Part shown: positions 58,801 through 64,000 of the stretch, in pieces | Layout of the letters: the number at the start of each line of letters is the position of its first letter | Numbering within the stretch: position 1 is the stretch's first letter | NCBI GenBank assembly: GCA_036172245.1 | Contig: JAYWIR010000063.1 | Coordinates: 248,001 to 312,000 of the forward strand | Source of the DNA: Raillietiella orientalis | Taxonomy: Eukaryota | Direction: 5' to 3' | Length of the DNA stretch: 64,000 nt | Notes under the pieces: model-generated | Databases searched by the model: none | What the model was told of the DNA's origin: nothing | What the model saw: only the letters and a program-made list of their open reading frames with translations | Position numbers and translations under genes: made by a program

Positions 58801-61800
58801 GTACGAGAAACTTTTCAGAAATGATGGCAGTAAGGATAGAACCTTCATGCTTTTTAAGTTGGCAATGGGCATCCTTTTTGCCATTATGGTCTGCATATCA
58901 GTTTAAGAAATGTGCTACAGGTCGCAATTTTAAACACATGGAATGCTACTTTCTTAAATTTAAAAGTTATGATGGCTACTTCTTTACTTATTTATTTATT
59001 TATTTTTCTACATGATATGAATGCTTTCTAATTTCACTCAACTATTAAGTTAGTTATCTTTCTCGAGTTGCCAGTTTTATGGGGGAGCACAGAGGAAGAC
59101 AAATGAAAAAGATGGAAAATGATTTCTTTTTTTTTTTTTTGAACAACTATGTTCTTAAGAGAGAGAGAGAGAGAGAGAAAACAGTTCTAGAGGGAAAGCA
59201 ACAAGAATAGAATTCTACGTAAAACATTAAAAATCAGTTATTTTTCAATTGATCAAATTTTCAGAAATGATTTCAAAGAGGTATCGGTCTTTGTTTGTAT
59301 CATGCCTGATTTGAACCATAATACTCGAGGAAGAGAGCTATCTTCGGATTTTGGTGAACATGAGATGAATTCTGAAGCGTCCGTGTTCATTTTTCCCAAA
59401 ACTAAAACTGTCATTAACCGACGTTTTGCTGTTTGGTCACATCCCGTGCCAATTTCCGAGTTTTGATCGATTTCAGTTAATTAATAATTATCATTTTTTG
59501 TTTTGAATATGCATCACATTTAAAATTTTTCTTTTGTTCCCTTTCAGTTTTTGGATCTGATTGTTTCATGTTCAGTTCATGGTTTACGTTCTTGCTTGAT
59601 TTTAACCTGATCTTGTTTTCCTTTTTTTTTATCCTATCAAGTTTAGCATAAATATTTGGCATTTTGAATCATGGTTTCATAGAAACGTAAATTTCACAAA
59701 ACTTGGATAAAGTTTTGTAACATTTTGGTTTCCACAGCTTGCAAATTAAATAATCAGTAAATTATGCCATAAGGTAATTTTATTAATGGAGTCTAAAAAC
59801 AGCTGGATGAAATAACTATAAATAAAGGATGCAATATTAGTAATGATAGATACAACTGATATTAAAAATTACTGAGCTTTTGAAGGGATCGAAACCTTTG
59901 CAACAGCAAAAAGATCAAAAGATCCATGTATGATGGTACTTGACTTGTTTTTCCACATAGGTGCTAACTTTGCTTTGGAACTTGGCACATTCTGATGAAG
60001 TTCCTACAGAAATTATGGAACAGTCGTTGATGGCTCTAGTCAGAATCTTGGAGAACAGTTGCTCACAAGATCGTGATGCTCAAAAAATGCAGTGGCTCAA
60101 CCGATGTGTAGATGAGTTGAAGAAGAACATGTGGGTCATTCCAGCCTTGAAGCTCATCCAGGATATTTGTATGCAGTATAGTGAGGCTCCACAGCCAAAA
60201 TTTAATCAGATTTCTCGAGGTCCACATATCATATATAGGTAGGATTGTTATATTATCTATAGCTTCTATTTGTTCATTTATCAATCCATTTCAGGCATGA
60301 GTTGATCAGTAAATTGCATACACAAAATCAAATAGTAGTTTTGGTAGCAGAAAATTTGATCCAGTACATGGATAGTGTCAGACAAAAAGGACAAGGTAAT
60401 CGTGAAATACTAGATTATAAAAATTAGTGTTTATTTCCCTTCAGAAAATATTCATTACGATGGTCGCTATAACCATCTGGTGCAAGTGTCTGAAAGATTG
60501 AATTTTCTCCGTTTCCTACTTAAAGTTAGTTCTATTTTATTATGTATCCCACTTATCAGTTTGATTAGGATGGCAGAATGTGGTTGTGTGATCCTCAAGC
60601 TGAGCAAATCTGGAAATGCCTCACTGAGAACGCAGTCTGTGTAAAGGATAGAGACATATGTTTCCACTGGTATTCCAAATTGATGGGAGAAGAGCCTGAT
60701 TTGGATCCAGAAATCAACAAGAGTTTTTTTATGAATAACATCTTGCAGTTGGATCCTATTTTACTGACTGAAAGTGGATTAAAGTCAGTAGATTAGCGTA
60801 ACTAAAATTTAATTCTATGTTGATAATCTTTAGATGTTTTGAGAAATTTTTCAAGACAGTAAATACAAAAGAGAAAAAACTTATTGCTAAACGAAGGGTA
60901 TACTTGATGGATGATTATGATTTGATTGGCTTGGATTATCTCTGGAAGGTCTGTATGGTGTATTGAGTGTTTGTTTTAATCTTTTTATAGGTGATTTTAT
61001 GTAGTGAGGAAGAAATCGCAAACAAAGCCATTAATTTCATGAAAGAAATCTATACCAATTTAGGCCCTCGTTTATTGGCCAATCAGAAAGAATTGCATGA
61101 AGATTTCATTGCTAATTGTATGGATCGCCTAAAGGCAGCATACGATACAGTGACAATCCTAAAAAAAGATGCACTACAAATGCAACTAAACCAAGAACTC
61201 CATCGCATGTGTAGAGTTCTGAAAGTCATGTACGAATACATTGAAGAATGTGATAATGCTTTTGGAGATGAAAGAATCAATCTCCCTCTTAGGAGGTAAT
61301 ACTAAGTTTCAATTGCTTTTTTTTATTCATTTTTGTCATTAGAGCATGTTTTGGGAAACACATGCCCTTATGTGTTCGTTTTTCAAATCAGGGACGTCAG
61401 TTAGATGATTTAGAAATCTGGTCTCACTCCAATGAAACTCTCGGTAGCATTCGAAGGCAAATATTACAACGTGTGTGCCCAACCAGCATTGCAATGAAAG
61501 TAGAATTGATCTGTAATGGTGAAATGATAGATCCTTCTGAAGATAGAAAATTAATATCTGAGATACCACAGCTAAAAGATAGAATTGTATGCATGTATTG
61601 AAAAATTTCATATGATTGAATATTTGTCTCAGATATCAGCCAAATTTTCCCAGTTGGTATCTAATATGCCTTCTTCTCCAGATAGCAGTTCAGATAGTTC
61701 TGCAGGATCGCCACAGCATCTTTTTGATGGGCTTTCCTTGCAAACCGAAAACCATCTTCCTGGAGTAGTAAGTACATTGAACATATGGCTGAACAGCAGA

Positions 61801-63965
61801 GCAAAAAAAAAAAGTATATTTCATAATCGTAAATTTCACTCATTTCTGAATCTTCATATTGATCTTATGAAGATGCACATTTTATGAAACCAAACCAAGT
61901 TGTGATGTGAATTAAAATTATCATGTAATAAGCATATAAATGCAATTTTATGTTGCCTCAAAATGTGCAGAATAGTGATATTGCACATCGATTTCTCTAG
62001 AAAGTAGTCAAGATTTCTATTTAAAAAAAAAAAAAAAAAAGGCGTCAGTGGAAGTAGTATAAAATCAAAATATATACTTTGTTAAAAAGTATTAAAAAGT
62101 AGTAAGAAAAGTGATCTTGCATTTTTTGCACTAATTATCATATTTTTGAATTGCTGGATTTGTTTTGTTGTTCCTCATTTTAAGCAATTTTTCTTTGATC
62201 TGATGTTTGTAAGCGTACTTGCATGTTTGAAAATTTGTAAATCTTGTTTAGGTACAGAATGCAATTTATATCTATCCAATAATTAGTTTAGAACTATGGG
62301 TAGTTCGCTGGGTGTTTTTGACTTTAAAACTGGATGTATTTGAGAGTGGACACTTTATTATTTTTCTTGTACTGTTGACTTTTAGAATGTAGGGAAAAAA
62401 TAATGATATCGGAGGTTATTAAATAACAAAGTAGTGATTGCTGCTCAGATGGGAGGAGGAAAATGTTTTTTTTCCTCGTTTCTTGGGTCCTTTGTGTTAA
62501 TTAGTTTGGAAGTGTATCATACACATGTCAAGGTCTGCTAAAATTCTACATTAATCTTTATTGAGATCAAGTCGACACAAGCATGAAAAATCTTATGTAT
62601 ATGTTAGACGTGCATAACAAGGAGGAATTATCACCAAGATGTCAGTCACCTTGAAAATTATTTTCTGAAAGCTTAATTTTGAGTGCCTTAGAAAAAAAAA
62701 CATCATTGGATTATATCTTTCAAGAAGAGGAAACTGGTTGATGTAATTTTTTTTATTGAAAAAGAATTAGTTTTGAAAAAGTGAGGAGGAAATATTAATT
62801 CGAACGCAAATTGTCGGGGTAAGGAATGAGAGTCATTTCAGAATATCAGCATCTAGATAGACTGAGGTATTGATAATTGTGAAAATTTGGGTATTGTGCC
62901 ACATAAATCTCAGTTATACACTTCTCATAAAGATCCATGCTGTGTTTAGCAGATGGAGTAATTGAATGTTCTATTTCTTCAAGTGGAGAGCTATAAGTGC
63001 AATTTTTTCAGTAGGCTTTTCACAAAAGGAGTTTTTCAGTCATGCAGTATATCATGATTGGAATTTCCATGAGATATCATTTGAGTATTCGTACAAGTAC
63101 AGAAAGCATCGCCATTCTTATAAATTGATTTTATCATTTCAATATTGCGAGCGTGCCTATTCCATAGTTGCAACTATGCCAAGAGGAATGATGCATGCTC
63201 ATATAAAAGATGCTGATGATCCATTATCATTAACTACAATTTAATACATGAAGAAAATGAGGTTGCAGATAGAGATCCCAGGCATTTTGCATGATTATTT
63301 TCGTGTCTGTTTACTGAAAACAATAGAGTATAGAAATTTTGAATGTGCCGAACCCTTTTTTTAAGAAAATTTGTGTTTTTTTACGTCGAACATAGGAAAA
63401 ATTTGATGGTAGAACTCTTTAAAAATTGAATGAAAACAGCGCAGCATTCAGTGATATTAAATATTTAGTAGATTATTACAAGGAAGTTTTTTAAATTGCT
63501 GCTTTTTTTCCTCTCTCCAGCATCTTTCGCAGAAGCCAGAATATATTGAATTTTTGATCCAGCTGGCTGATCTTGGTTGTGATCTTCAGCATTCACTGCT
63601 GAGAGATTATTCCCGTAGTTTGCTAAAACTTGTTCCTCCGGATGTGCGTCAGTCAGAGAATATAAAAGCGGCATGTTTGAAACCTATGAAGTCAGAAGAA
63701 TTAGTGTCATCACATTTAGAACATTTGTTTCGCAATTCTCCTTCCGAAGTCTTATATAACTTAGAGGTAGTACAATAATGTTCGGCTGTTATTCCCAATA
63801 ATTTTCTCAGGTTTTATATTCGTTTCTTCTTCCTGCTCAACATACCATTGCTGAACATACATTTGAAATTCAGCTGAATTTTATCAAGAAAGGTGGAGTG
63901 GCTATTATACTGGGAATGTTGAATAGGAGCAACTGTTTTTCTGGAGCAGATCATGTTACCAGAAG
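52846..63965 (+). CDS. USP9X: Ubiquitin carboxyl-terminal hydrolase USP9X/fat facets (faf), 5' part; continues beyond the window
   Basis: Exons 52846-52926, 56796-57098, 57147-57259, 57306-57476, 57523-57640, 57688-57872, 57916-58054, 58102-58206, 58253-58405, 58454-58552, 59961-60238, 60295-60395, 60445-60524, 60569-60783, 60834-60948, 60991-61295, 61343-61586, 61633-61767, 63521-63766, 63811-63965. Conserved FAF motifs: [85 protein letters not shown]. Confidence 0.95.
54900..55330 (+). mobile_element. Possible hAT transposase C-terminal relic in USP9X intron 1
   Basis: [13 protein letters not shown] resembles the hAT dimerisation motif IPxTSxxSERxFSxAG; weak. Confidence 0.25.
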
Positions 63966-64000
63966 GTGAGCAAAGAATGTACTGAATGAGACTGAATCTA

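Overview
Eukaryotic, probably invertebrate/arthropod, genomic DNA. No prokaryotic, CRISPR or RNA-gene signal was found. The window has two compositional domains. (1) About 1-48.5 kb is GC- and CpG-rich (roughly 60-65% GC by eye). It holds a phase-consistent, multi-exon adhesion GPCR on + (3228-28280) with an unassigned N-terminal region, two C-type lectin-like domains, a Ser/Thr stalk, HRM, GAIN/GPS and 7TM. It also holds many decayed L1/Tx1-like LINEs, a BEL/Pao relic, a tRNA-derived SINE family, an internal duplication of GPCR sequence and two homologous, extremely AT-rich foldback-like islands. (2) About 52.5-64 kb is AT-rich (roughly 30-33% GC by eye) and holds the 5' part of USP9X/fat facets, with many 42-56 nt introns including one probable GC-AG intron. 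The most intriguing pattern is that unconstrained sequence in the left domain appears to have been shifted A>G/T>C, while the interiors of the foldback-like islands were not. All alignments and counts were made by eye.
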